From Convolutriloba macropyga (lineage: Eukaryota), in contig NC_134468.1 in the NCBI RefSeq assembly GCF_964194025.1, forward strand, positions 20,088,001 to 20,152,000: a stretch of 64,000 bases of DNA, written 5' to 3'. Each line of letters opens with the position of its first letter. Position 1 is the stretch's first letter. Shown here in pieces: positions 28,223 to 41,561 of this stretch. The notes under the pieces are model-generated. The model had not been told where the DNA came from and did no database searches. It was given only the letters and a program-made list of their open reading frames with translations. The position numbers and the translations under genes are program-made.

Positions 28223-28562
28223 GTGAAGTTGACAGCACTCTGAAAATTGTTTGTCTTTTTTTTCGGATACTTCAAAATGTATACTTAGAACTAAAAACTA
28301 GGGGTCACCTTGTTGATCTGGAAATATTGACAGAGAACTAAAATTTCTTGCAAATTTATCCGCAAATTGTTGCTTTCATCCTTAATCAATTTACATGTTA
28401 CGTCTGCACTTATGCATAATTGCGGGTAAATTTGTTTTCAGTTTAAATATATATGGTTCTTTTCTTTTGTAACTCTGTAAATGTCATAGCAGCTTAAGCA
28501 AAGGTATCGTAGCAACATTGTTACATGCAAATTATAAGTTGCAGTTTTAAATGAGAAAAGTT

Positions 28563-28635
28563 CGACCACAGAGGGATTCGAACCCCCAATCTTCTGATTC
28601 GAAGTCAGACGCCTTATCCGTTAGGCTATGCGGCC
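28563..28635 (-). tRNA. tRNA-Arg-TCG: tRNA-Arg(UCG), intact consensus copy
   Basis: Identical to the 27324 copy; 413-bp period. Confidence 0.95.
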
Positions 28636-29680
28636 GTGAAGTTGACAGCACTCTGAAAATTGTTTGTCTTTTTTTTCGGATACTTCAAAATGTATACTTA
28701 GAGCTAAAAACTAGGGGTCACCTTGTTGATCTGGAAATATTGACAGAGAACTAAAATTTCTTGCAAATTTATCAGCAAATTGTTGCTTTCATCCTTAATC
28801 AATATACATGTTACGTCTGCACTTATGCATAATTGCGGGTAAATTTGTTTTCAGTTTAAATATATATGGTTCTTTTCTTTTGTAACTCTGTAAATGTCAT
28901 AGCAGCTTAAGCAAAGGTATCGTAGCAACATTGTTACATGCAAATTATAAGTTGCAGTTTTAAATGAGAAAAGTTCGACCACAGAGGGATTCGAACCCCC
29001 AATCTTCTCATTCGAAGTCAAACGACTTATCCGTTCGGCTATGCGGCCGTGAAGTTGACAGCACTCTGAAAATTGTTTGTCTTTTTTTCGGATACTTCAA
29101 AATGTATACTTAGAGCTAAAATTTAGGGTTCACCTTGTGGATCTGGAAATATTGACAAAGAACTAACATTTTTTTGCAAATTTATACGCAAATTGTTGCT
29201 TTCATCCTTAATCAATTTACCTGTTAGGTCTGCACTTATGCATAATTGCGAGTAAGTTTGTTTTCAGTTTAACTATATATGATTCTTTTCTTTTGTAACT
29301 CTGTAAATGTCATAGCAGCTTGAGCAAAGGTATCGTAGCAACATTGTTACATGCAAATTATAGGTTGCACTTTTACATGAGAAAAGTACGACCACAGTGG
29401 GATTCGAACCCACAAGCTTCTGATTCGAAGTCATTCGCCTTATTTAATTAGGCTATGCGCCCTTAAAGTTGACAGCACTCTGAAAAAAGGTTGTCTTGTT
29501 TGGATACTTCAAAATTTATACTTAGAGCTAAAAATTAGGGGTCACCTTGTTGATCTGGAAATATTGACAAAGAACTAAAAATTTTTGCAAATTTATCCGC
29601 AAATTGTTGCTTTCATCCTTAATCAATTTACCTGTAACGTCTGCACTTATGCTTAGTTGCGGGTAACTTTCTTTTCAGCT

Positions 29681-29684
<4 letters not shown>

Positions 29685-29720
<36 letters not shown>
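29685..29720 (+). repeat. (TA)18 microsatellite inside an array spacer
   Basis: Direct reading; expands the consensus tatatat. Confidence 0.95.
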
Positions 29721-29723
<3 letters not shown>

Positions 29724-31474
29724 TTTTGTCACTCTGTAAATGTCATAGCAGCTTAAGCAAAGGTATCGTAGAAACGTTGTTACATGCAAATTATAGGTTA
29801 CAGTTTTAAATGAGAAAAGTACGACCCTAGAGGGATTCGAACCCCCAATATTTAAATTCGAAGTCGGACGCCTTATCCGTTAGGCTATGCAGCCTTGAAG
29901 TTGACAGCACTCTGAAAAATGTTTGTCTTTTTTCGGATACTTCAAAATATATACTTAGAGCTAAAAGTTAGGGGTCACCTTGTTGATCTGGAAATATTGA
30001 CAATGAACTAAATTTTTTTGCAAATTTATCCGCAAATTGTTGTTTTCGTCCTCAATCAATTCACCTGTAACATCTGCACTTATGCCTAATTACGGGTAAC
30101 TTTTTTTCAGTTTAACTACATATGTTTTTTTTTTGTACTACTCTCAATGTCATAGCAATTTGATTGAATAATGTTATAGCATCACTGTAACATGCAATTT
30201 TTAAGATGTTATAATGTTATATTTACGAGATAAGTTTGACAAAAACGTGATTCGAACACCCAATGTTGGGATTCGCAGTCAAAGGCCTTATGCGTTTGGC
30301 TATGCGGTCGTGATGTTCAAAGAACTCTGAAAAATGTGTGTCGTTTTTCTGAAACTTCAAAATGATATACTTGGAGCTAAAATTTAAAGAGGTCTCCGTA
30401 TTGGTCTTCAAATATTGGCACAAAAGCAAAAAGAATTGCAGGTTTATCCGCAAATTGTTGCTCTCATCCGTTTTGAGAGGTTTTCCTGTAACTATTGGAT
30501 CGGAGCATAATTACGGGTAATTTTATGTCCAATTTAACAATAAATGGCTCTTTTCCTTTGTAACTCTGTAAATGTCATAGCAGCTTAAGCAAAAGTATCA
30601 TAGCAACATTGTAATATGCAAATTATAGTTAGCAACTATAAATGAGAAAAGTACGACCACAGAGGGATTCGGAACTCCAATCTGCTAATTCAAAGTAATA
30701 CTCCTTATTCGTTTGGCTATTCGGCTTTGAAGTTGACATTAGTCTGAAAAATGCTTTTTTTTCGGATACTTCAAATTATATGCTGAGAGCTAAAACTTAG
30801 AGGTCTTTGTATTGATCTGGAAATATTGACAGAGAACTAAAATTTCTTGCAAATTTATCAGCAAATTGTTGCTTTCATCCTTAATCAATATACATGTTAC
30901 GTCTGCACTTATGCATAATTGCGGGTAAATTTGTTTTCAGTTTAAATATATATGGTTCTTTTCTTTTGTAACTCTGTAAATGTCATAGCAGCTTAAGCAA
31001 AGGTATCGTAGCAACATTGTTACATGCAAATTATAAGTTGCAGTTTTAAATGAGAAAAGTTCGACCACAGAGGGATTCGAACCCCCAATCTTCTCATTCG
31101 AAGTCAAACGCCTTATCCGTTCGGCTATGCGGCCGTGAAGTTGACAGCACTCTGAAAATTGTTTGTCTTTTTTTTCGGATACTTCAAAATGTATACTTAG
31201 AGCTAAAAACTAGGGGTCACCTTGTTGATCTGGAAATATTGACGGAGAACTAAAATTTCTTGCAAATTTATCAGCAAATTGTTGCTTTCATCCTTAATCA
31301 ATATACATGTTACGTCTGCACTTATGCATAATTGCGGGTAAATTTGTTTTCAGTTTAAATATTTATGGTTCATTTCTTTTGTAACTCTGTAAATGTCATA
31401 GCAGCTTAAGCAAAGGTATCGTAGCAACATTGTTACATGCAAATTATAAGTTGCAGTTTTAAATGAGAAAAGTT

Positions 31475-31547
31475 CGACCACAGAGGGATTCGAACCCCCA
31501 ATCTTCTGATTCGAAGTCAGACGCCTTATCCGTTAGGCTATGCGGCC
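31475..31547 (-). tRNA. tRNA-Arg-TCG: tRNA-Arg(UCG), intact consensus copy
   Basis: Identical to the 27324 copy. Confidence 0.95.
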
Positions 31548-32616
31548 GTGAAGTTGACAGCACTCTGAAAATTGTTTGTCTTTTTTTTCGGATACTTCAA
31601 AATGTATACTTAGAGCTAAAAACTAGGGGTCACCTTGTTGATCTGGAAGTATTGACAGAGAACTAAAATTTCTTGCAAATTTATCAGCAAATTGTTGCTT
31701 TCATCCTTAATCAATATACATGTTACGTCTGCACTTATGCATAATTGCGGGTAAATTTGTTTTCAGTTTAAATATATATGGTTCTTTTCTTTTGTAACTC
31801 TGTAAATGTCATAGCAGCTTAAGCAAAGGTATCGTAGCAACATTGTTACATGCAAATTATAGGTTGCACTTTTACATGAGAAAAGTACGACCACAGTGGG
31901 ATTCGAACCCACAAGCTTCTGATTCGAAGTCATTCGCCTTATTTAATTAGGCTATGCGCCCTTAAAGTTGACAGCACTCTGAAAAAAGGTTGTCTTGTTT
32001 GGATACTTCAAAATTTATACTTAGAGCTAAAAATTAGGGGTCACCTTGTTGATCTGGAAATATTGACAAAGAACTAAAAATTTTTGCAAATTTATCCGCA
32101 AATTGTTGCTTTCATCCTTAATCAATTTACCTGTAACGTCTGCACTTATGCATAGTTGCGGGCAACTTTCTTTTCAGCTCAAATATATATTTATATATTT
32201 ATATATATATATATATATAAATTTTCTTTTGTCACTCTGTAAATGTCATAGCAGCTTAAGCAAAGGTATCGTAGAAACGTTGTTACATGCAAATTATAGG
32301 TTACAGTTTTAAATGAGAAAAGTACGACCCTAGAGGGATTCGAACCCCCAATATTTAAATTCGAAGTCGGACGCCTTATCCGTTAGGCTATGCAGCCTTG
32401 AAGTTGACAGCACTCTGAAAAATGTTTGTCTTTTTTCGGATACTTCAAAATATATACTTAGAGCTAAAAGTTAGGGGTCACCTTGTTGATCTGGAAATAT
32501 TGACAATGAACTAAATTTTTTTGCAAATTTATCCGCAAATTGTTGCTTTCATCCTTAATCAATTTACCTGTAACGTCTGCACTTATGCTTAGTTGCGGGT
32601 AACTTTCTTTTCAGCT

Positions 32617-32620
<4 letters not shown>

Positions 32621-32670
<50 letters not shown>
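32621..32670 (+). repeat. (TA)25 microsatellite inside an array spacer
   Basis: Direct reading; paralogous to 29685. An interrupted version lies at ~32184-32219. Confidence 0.95.
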
Positions 32671-32673
<3 letters not shown>

Positions 32674-35600
32674 TTTTGTCACTCTGTAAATGTCATAGCA
32701 GCTTAAGCAAAGGTATCGTAGAAACGTTGTTACATGCAAATTATAGGTTACAGTTTTAAATGAGAAAAGTACGACCCTAGAGGGATTCGAACCCCCAATA
32801 TTTAAATTCGAAGTCGGACGCCTTATCCGTTAGGCTATGCAGCCTTGAAGTTGACAGCACTCTGAAAAATGTTTGTCTTTTTTCGGATACTTCAAAATAT
32901 ATACTTAGAGCTAAAAGTTAGGGGTCACCTTGTTGATCTGGAAATATTGACAATGAACTAAATTTTTTTGCAAATTTATCCGCAAATTGTTGTTTTCGTC
33001 CTCAATCAATTCACCTGTAACATCTGCACTTATGCCTAATTACGGGTAACTTTTTTTCAGTTTAACTACATATGTTTTTTTATTTTGTACTACTCTCAAT
33101 GTCATAGCAACTTGATTGAATAATGTTATAGCATCACTGTAACATGCAATTTTTAAGATGTTATAATGTTATATTTACGAGATAAGTTTGACAAAAACGT
33201 GATTCGAACACCCAATGTTGGGATTCGCAGTCAAAGGCCTTATGCGTTTGGCTATGCGGTCGTGATGTTCAAAGAACTCTGAAAAATGTGTGTCGTTTTT
33301 CTGAAACTTCAAAATGATATACTTGGAGCTAAAATTTAAAGAGGTCTCCGTATTGGTCTTCAAATATTGGCACAAAAGCAAAAAGAATTGCAGGTTTATC
33401 CGCAAATTGTTGCTCTCATCCGTTTTGAGAGGTTTTCCTGTAACTATTGGATCGGAGCATAATTACGGGAAATTTTATGTCCAATTTAACAATAAATGGC
33501 TCTTTTCCTTTGTAACTCTGTAAATGTCATAGCAGCTTAAGCAAAAGTATCATAGCAACATTGTAATATGCAAATTATAGTTAGCAACTATAAATGAGAA
33601 AAGTACGACCACAGAGGGATTGGGAACTCCAATCTGCTAATTCAAAGTAATACTCCTTTTTCGTTTGGCTATTCGGCTTTGAAGTTGACATTTGTCTGAA
33701 AAATGCTTTTTTTTCGGATACTTCAAATTATATGCTGAGAGCTAAAACATAGAGGTCTTTGTATTGATCTGGAAATATTGACAGAAAACTAAGTTTTCTT
33801 TGCAAGTTTATCCGCAAGTTGTTGCTCTTATCTTTTTTCAGAGGTTTACCTCTAATGTTTGCACCGAAACATAATTCTGGGTAACTTTATTTCCAATTTA
33901 ACAAATTATAGCTCTTTTCCTTTGTAACTCTGTAAATGTCATAGCAGCTTAAGCAAAAAATATCACAGCAACATTGTAACGTGCAAATTAGAGGTAGCAC
34001 TTATAAATGAGCAAAGTACGACCACTGAAGGATTCGAACCCACAACCTTCTCCTTCGAAGTCAGACGCCCGGTCCGTTACGCTATGCTGCCCTGAAACTG
34101 CCATCGCTCTGAGAAAGTTTTTTCGGATACTTCAAAATCATATACTTAGAGCTAAAAAATATAGAGTTATTTGTATTGATCTCGAAATATTGGCAACAAA
34201 GCCAAAATGTTTGCAAGTTGAGCCGCAAATTGTTGCTCTCATCCTTAATCAGTTTACCTGTAACATCTGCACTTATGCTCAAATGCGGCTAACTCTATTT
34301 TCAATTTATTTATATAGGGTTGTTTTCCGTTTAACTACTGTCAATGTCTTAGCAGCATGATTGAAAACTGTCATTGCAACATTCAAATTATAAATAGCAA
34401 CGATAATATTATGTGTACGAGAAAAGTTCGACAAAGGAGAGATTCGAACACCCAATATTGGGATTCGCAGTCAAGAGCCTTATACGTTTGGCTATGCGCC
34501 TTTGATGTTCACCGCACTCTGAAAATGTGTGTCGTTTTCCTGATACTTCAAAACGATATACTTGAAGCTAAAAAAATATAGAGGTCTCCGTATTGGTCTT
34601 CAAATATTGGCACAAAAGCAAAAAAATTGCAGCTTTATCCGCAAATTGTTGCTCTCATGCGTTTTGAGAGGTTTTCCTGTAACTATTGGATCGAAGCATA
34701 ATTGCGGGTAATTTTATGTCCAATATAACAATATATGGCTCTTTTCCTTTGTTACTCTGTAAATGTCATAGCAGCTTAAGCAAAAAGTATCATAGCAACA
34801 TTGTAATATCCAAATTATAGTACGACCACTGAGGGATTCGAACCCACAACCTTCTTCGAAGTCAGACGCCCTGTCCCTTATGCTATGCGGCCCTGAAATT
34901 GCCCTTGCTCTGAGAAAGGTTTTTGTCGGATACTTCGAAATTATATACTTAGAGCTAAAAAATATAGAGATCTTTGTATTGATCTCGAAATATTGACAAC
35001 CAAGCAAAAATGTTTGCAAGTTTAGCCGCCAATTGTTGCTCTCATCCTTAATCAATTTACCTGTAACATCTGCACTTATGCTCAATTGCGGCTAACTTTA
35101 TTTTCAGTTTTTTTATATAGGGTTGTTTTCCGTTTAACTACTGTCAATGTCATAGCAGCATGATTGAAAAATGTCATTGCAACATGCCAATTATAAATAG
35201 CAACGATAATGTTATGTGTACGAGAAAAGTTCGACAGAAGAGAGTTTCGAACACCCAATGTTGGGATTCGCAGTCAAGAGCGTTATACGTTTGGCTATGC
35301 GACTGTGATGTTCACCGCACTCTGAAAAATGTGTGTCGTTTTTCTGATTCTTCAAAACGATATACTTGAAGCTAAAAAAATATAGAGATCTCCGTATTGG
35401 TCTTCAAATATTGGCACAAAAGCAAAAAAATTGCAGGTTTATCCGCAAGTTGTTGCTCTCATCCGTTTTGAGAGGTTTTCTTGTAACTATTGGTCCGAAG
35501 CATAATTACGGGTAATTTTATGTCCAATATAACAATATATGGATCTTTTCCTTTGTAGCTCTGTAAATGTCATAGCAGCTTAAGCAAAAAGTATCATAGC

Positions 35601-36036
35601 AACATTGTAATATCCAAATTATAGTACGACCACTGAGGGATTCGAACCCACAACCTTCTGCTTCGAAGTCATACGCCCTGTCCGTTATGCTATGCTGCCC
35701 TGAAATTGTCATCGCTCTGAAAAAGTTTTTTCGGATACTTCGAAATTATATACTTAGAGCTAAAAAACATAGAGTTCTTTGTATTGATCTCGAAATATTG
35801 GCAACAAAGCCAAAATGTTTGCAAGTTTAGCCGCAAATTGTTGCTCTCATCCTTAATCAATTTACCTGTAACATCTGCACTTATGCTCAAATGCGGCTAA
35901 CTTTATTTTCAGTTTATTTATATAGGGTTGTTTTCCGTTTAACTACTGTCAATGTCTTAGCAGCATGATTGAAAAATGTCATTGCAACATGCAAATTATA
36001 AATAGCAACGATAATATTATGTGTACGAGAACAGTT

Positions 36037-36109
36037 CGACAAAAGAGAGATTCGAACACCCAATATTGGGATTCGCAGTCAAGAGCCTTATACGTTTGGC
36101 TATGCGCTT
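36037..36109 (-). pseudogene. Representative class-B tRNA-like copy with GCG at the anticodon position (similar copies near 1596, 4661, 7293, 22017, 25258, 30237, 33189, 34429, 35232, 36845, 38367, 39606, 46004)
   Basis: Aligns without gaps to the Arg consensus. Loop is CT GCG AA, the anticodon stem is largely unpaired and the acceptor stem is degraded, while GTTCGAA and the downstream T-tract are mostly kept. Confidence 0.8.
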
Positions 36110-39100
36110 GTGATGTTCACCGCACTCTGAAAAATGTGTGTCGTTTTTCTGATACTTCAAAACGATTTACTTGAAGCTAAAAAATATAGAGGTCTCCGTA
36201 TTGGTCTTCAAATATTGGCACAAAAGCAAAAAGAATTGCAGGTTTATCCGCAAATTGTTGCTCTCATCCGTTTTGAGAGGTTTTCCTGTAACTATTGGAT
36301 CGAAGCATAATTGCGGGTAATTTTATGTCCAATATAACAATATATGGCTCTTTTCCTTTGTTACTCTGTAAATGTCATAGCAGCTTAAGCAAGAAGTATC
36401 ATAGCAACATTGTAATATCCAAATTATAGTTCGACCACTGAGGGATTCGAACCCACAACCTTCTTCTTCGAAGTCAGACGCCCTGTCCCTTATGCTATGC
36501 GGCCCTGAAATTGCCATCGCTCTGAGAAAGGTTTTTGTCGGATACTTCGAAATTATATACTTAGAGCTAAAAAAGATATAGATCTTTGTATTGATCTCGA
36601 AATATTGACAACGAAGCAAAAATGTTTGCAAGTTTAGCCGCCAATTGTTGCTCTCATCCTTAATCGATTTACCTGTAACATCTGCACTTATGCTCAATTG
36701 CGGCTAACTCTATTTTCAGTTTTTTTTATATAGGGTTGTTTTCCGTTTAACTACTGTCAATGTCATAGCAGCATGATTGAAAAATGTCATTGCAACATGC
36801 CAATTGTAAATAGCAACGATAATGTTTTGTGTACGAGAAAAGTTCGACAGAAGAGAGTTTCGAACACCCAATGCTGGGATTCGCAGTCAAGAGCCTTATA
36901 CGTTTGGCTATGCGCCTGTGATGTTCACCGCACTCTGAAAAATGTGTGTCGTTTTTCTGATACTTCAAAACGATATACTTGAAGCTAAAAAATATAGAGG
37001 TCTCCGTATTGGTCTTCAAATATTGGCACAAAAGCAAAAAAAATTGCAGGTTTATCCGCAAATTGTTGCTCTCATCCGTTTTGAGAGGTTTTCCTGTAAC
37101 TATTGGATCGAAGCATAATTACGGGTAATTTTATGTCCATTATAAACATATATGGCTCTTTTCCTTTGTAACTCTGTAAATGTCATAGCAGCTTAAGCAA
37201 AAAGTATCATAGCAACATTGTAATATGCAAATTATAGTTAGCAACTATAAATGAGAAAAGTACGACCACAGAGGGATTCGGACCTCTAATCTGCTAATTC
37301 GAAGTAATACTCCTTATTTGTTTGGCTATTCGGCTTTGAAGTTGACATTAGTCTGAAAAATGCTTTTTTTCGGATACTTCAAATTATATACTGAGAGCTA
37401 AAACATAGAGGTCTTTGCGTTGATCTGGAAATATTGACAGAAAACTAAAAGTTTTTTTGCAAGTTTATCCGCAAGTTGTTGCACTTATCTTTTTTCAGAG
37501 GTTTACCTCTAATGTTTGCACCGAAACATAATTCTGGGTAACTTTATTTCCAATTTAACAAATTATAGCTCTTTTCCTTTGTAACTCTGTAAATGTCATA
37601 GCAGCTTAAGCAAAAAGTATCACAGCGACATTGTAACGTGCAAATTATAGGTAGCAACTATAAATGAGAAAAGTCCGACGACTGAGGGGTTCGAACCCAC
37701 AACCTTCTCCATCGAAATCAGACGCCCTGTCCGTTATGATACGCGGCCCTGAAATTGCCATCGCTCTGAAAATGTTTTTTCGGATACTTCGAAATGATAT
37801 ATTATATACTTAGAGCTAAAAAATATAGAGATCTTTGTATTGATCTCGTAATATTGGCAAAAAAGCAAAAATTTTGCAAGTTTAGCCGCAAATTGTTGCT
37901 CTCATCCTTAATCAATTCACCTGTAACGTCTGCATTTATGCTCAATTGCGGTTAAATTTATTTTCAGTTTAACTATATAGGAGTGTTTTTCGTTTTACTA
38001 CTGTCAATGTCATAGCAGCATGAAACATCGCTCTGAAAATGTTTTTTCGGATACTTCGAAATGATATATTATATACTTAGAGCTAAAAAATATAGAGATC
38101 TTTGTATTGATCTCGTAATATTGGCAAAAAAGCAAAAATTTTGCAAGTTTAGCCGCAAATTGTTGCTCTCATCCTTAATCAATTCACCTGTAACGTCTGC
38201 ATTTATGCTCAATTGCGGTTAAATTTATTTTCAGTTTAACTATATAGGAGTGTTTTTCGTTTTACTACTGTCAATGTCATAGCAGCATGATTGAAAAATG
38301 TCATTGCAACATTGTAACATGCAAATTATAAGTAGCAACAATAATGTTTTGTGTACGAGAAAAGTTCGACAAAAGAGAGATTCGAACACTCAATATTGGG
38401 ATTCGCAGTCAAGAGCCCCATACGTTTGGCTATGCGCCTGTGATGTTCGGCGCACTCTGTGTGTTGTTTTTCTGATACTTCAAAACGATATACTTGAAGC
38501 TAAAAAATTTAGAGGTCTCCGTATTGATATTGAAATATTGGCACAAATGCAAAAAAAAATTGCAGGTTTATCCGCAAATTGTTGTTCTAATCCGTTTTGA
38601 GAGGTTTTCCTGTATCCGTTGGACCGAAGCATAACTGCGGGTATTTTTATGTCCAATTTAACAATATATGGTTCTTTTTCTTTGTAACTCTGTAAATGTC
38701 ATAGCAGCTTAAGCAAAAAGTATCATAGCAACATTGTAATATGCAAAATATAGGTAGCAACTATAAATGAGAAAAGTACGACCACAGAGGAATTCGGACC
38801 TTCAGTCTGGTAATTCGAAATAATACTGTATATTCGTTTGGCTATTCGGCTTTGAGGTTGACATTAGTCTAAAAAATGTTTTTGAGATACTTCAATTTAT
38901 ATGCTGAGAGCTAAAACATAGAGTTCTTTGTATTGATCTGAAAATATTGTTAGAAAATTAAAATTCTTGCAAGTTTATCCGCAAATTGTTGCTCATATCT
39001 TTTTTCAGAGGTTAACCTGTAATGTTTGCACCGAAACATAATTGCGGGTAACTTTATTTCCAATTTAACAAATTATAGCTCTTTTCCTTTGTAACTCTGT

Positions 39101-41258
39101 AAATGTCATAGCAGCTTAAGCAAAAATTATCACAGCAACATTGTAACGTGCAAATTATAGGTAGCAACTATAAATGAGAAACGTCCGACGACTGAGGGGT
39201 TCGAACCCACAACCTTCTCCTTCGAAGTCAGACGCCCTGTCCGTTATGCTATTCGTCCCTGAAATTGGCATCGCTCTGAAAAAGGTTTTTTTGGATTCTT
39301 CGAAATTATGTACATGGAGCTAAAAAAATTTAGAGATCTTTGTATTGATCTCGAAATATTGGCAAAAAAGCATAACTTTTTGCACGTTTAGCCGCAAATT
39401 GTTGCTCTCATCCTTAATCAATTCACCTGTAACGTCTGCTCTTATGCTCAATTGCGGTTAACTTTAATTTCAGTTTAACTATATAGGAGTGTTTTCCGTT
39501 TTACTACTGTCATTGTCATAGCAGCATGATTGAAAAATGTCATTGCAACATTGTAACATGCAAATTTTAAGTAGCAACGATAATGTTTTGTGTACGAGAA
39601 AAGTTCGACAAAAGAGAGATTCGAACACTCAATGTTGGGATTCGCAGTCAAGAGCCTTATACGTTTGGCTATGCGCCTGTGATGTTCGGCGCACTCTGAA
39701 AAATGTTTGTCGTTTTTCTGAAGCTAGAAAATTTAGAGGTCTCCGCATTGATCTTGAAATATAGGCACAAAAGCAAAAAAAAATTGAAGGTTTATCCGCA
39801 AATTGTTGTTCTCATCCGTTTTGAGAGGTTTTCCTGTATCCGTTGGACCGAAGCATAATTGCGGGTATTTTTATGTCCAATTTAACAATATATGGCTCTT
39901 TTTCCTTTTAACTCTGTAAATGTCATAGCAGCTTAAGCAAAAAGTATCTTAGCAATATTGTAATATGCAAATTATAGGTAGCAACTATAAATGAGAAAAC
40001 TACGACCACAGAGGAATTCGGACCTCCAGTCTGGTAATTCGAAATAATACTGTATATTCGTTTGGCTATTCGGCTTTGAAGTTGACATTAGTCTGAAAAA
40101 TGTATTTCAGGTACTTCAAATTATATGCTGAGAGCTAAATCGTAGAGATCTTTGTATTGATCTGGAAATATTGTTAGAAAAATAAAGTTTTTTGCACGTT
40201 TATCCGCAAATTGTTGCTCTTATCTTTTTTCAGAGGTTCCTGAAATAATTGTAACGAAACATAATTGCTTATTTCCAATTTAATGATGTATAGCTCTTTT
40301 CCTTTGTAAATCAGTATTGCTGCTATGAAATTGATAAGCTGCTATGAAATTGTAAATGTCATAGCAGCTTAACCAAAAAATATCACAGCAACATTGTAAC
40401 GTGCAAATTATAGGTAGCAACTATAAATGAGAAAAGTGCGACGATTGAGGGGTTCGAACCCACAACCTTCTCCTTCGAAGTCAGACGCCCTGTCCGTTAT
40501 GCTATGCGGCCTTGAAGCTTCCATCACTCTGAAAAAGGTTTTTTCGGAATTTTCGAATTTATTTACTTAGATTTAAAAAAAATATAGAGGTCTCCGTATT
40601 GATCTCGAGCAGAAAAGTTAAAATTTTCGCAAGTTTAGCCGCAAATTAGTGCTCTCATTTTTTATCAATTTACCTGTAACCTCTGCACTTATGCATAATT
40701 GCGGTTAACTTTATTTTCAGTTTACCTATATAGGTTTGTTTTCCTTTTTACTACTGGCAATGTCATAGCAGCATGATGGAAAATTGTTTTAGCAAGCTTG
40801 TTACATGCAATTTATAAGTAGCAACTATAATGTTCTGTGTACGAGAGAAGTTCGCCAAAAAAGAGATTCGAACACCCAATGTTTGGATTTGCAGTCATAA
40901 GCCTTATACGTTTGGCTGAGAGAGTACTCTGGTTTGTTGATGAGAGCACTCTGAAAAATATGTGTCATTTTTCGGTTTTCGGATACTTCAAAATTATGTA
41001 CTTAGAGCTAAAAAAAATATCGTGGTCGTCGTATTGATCTTGATATATTGGCAGAAAGTCAAATAGTTTTGCAAAGTTATCAGCAAATTGTTGCTCTCAT
41101 CCTTTTTCAGATGTTTACCGGTAACGTTTCTACCGAAGCTTTTTAACTCTGTAATTGTCATAGCAGTTTAAGCAAAAAGTATCATAGCAACATGGTAATA
41201 TGCAAATTATATGTACCAACTGTAAATGAGAGAAATACGACCACAGAGGGTTTCGAAC

Positions 41259-41561
41259 AAAGAAAAAGAGCCACATATAGTGCAACTGGAAATCAGGTTA
41301 CCCGCAATTATGCATAGGAGTATAAAGTAAAGTGATCAAAAAGGATGAAAGAAACAATTGGCGGATCAACTTGCAAAAAATTTTTTCTGAGTTTTCAGAG
41401 TTTTCTGTCAATATTTGCAGATCAATATGGACACCTCTAATATTTAGTTCTAATTATATACTTTGAAGTATCCAAAAAAGACAAACGTTTTTCAGAGTGC
41501 TGGCATCAAGGCCGAATAGCCTAACGGATGAGGCGTCCGATTTCAAATCAGAAAATTGGTG
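41259..41561 (+). other. ~305-bp inversion within the array, splitting one tRNA copy
   Basis: After cgaccacagagggtttcgaac the sequence becomes the reverse complement of the spacer. It ends with the tRNA 5' two-thirds on the plus strand (ggccgaatagcctaacggatgaggcgtccga..., from 41510), then normal orientation resumes at accgttgtaaatgtcatagc. Confidence 0.92.
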
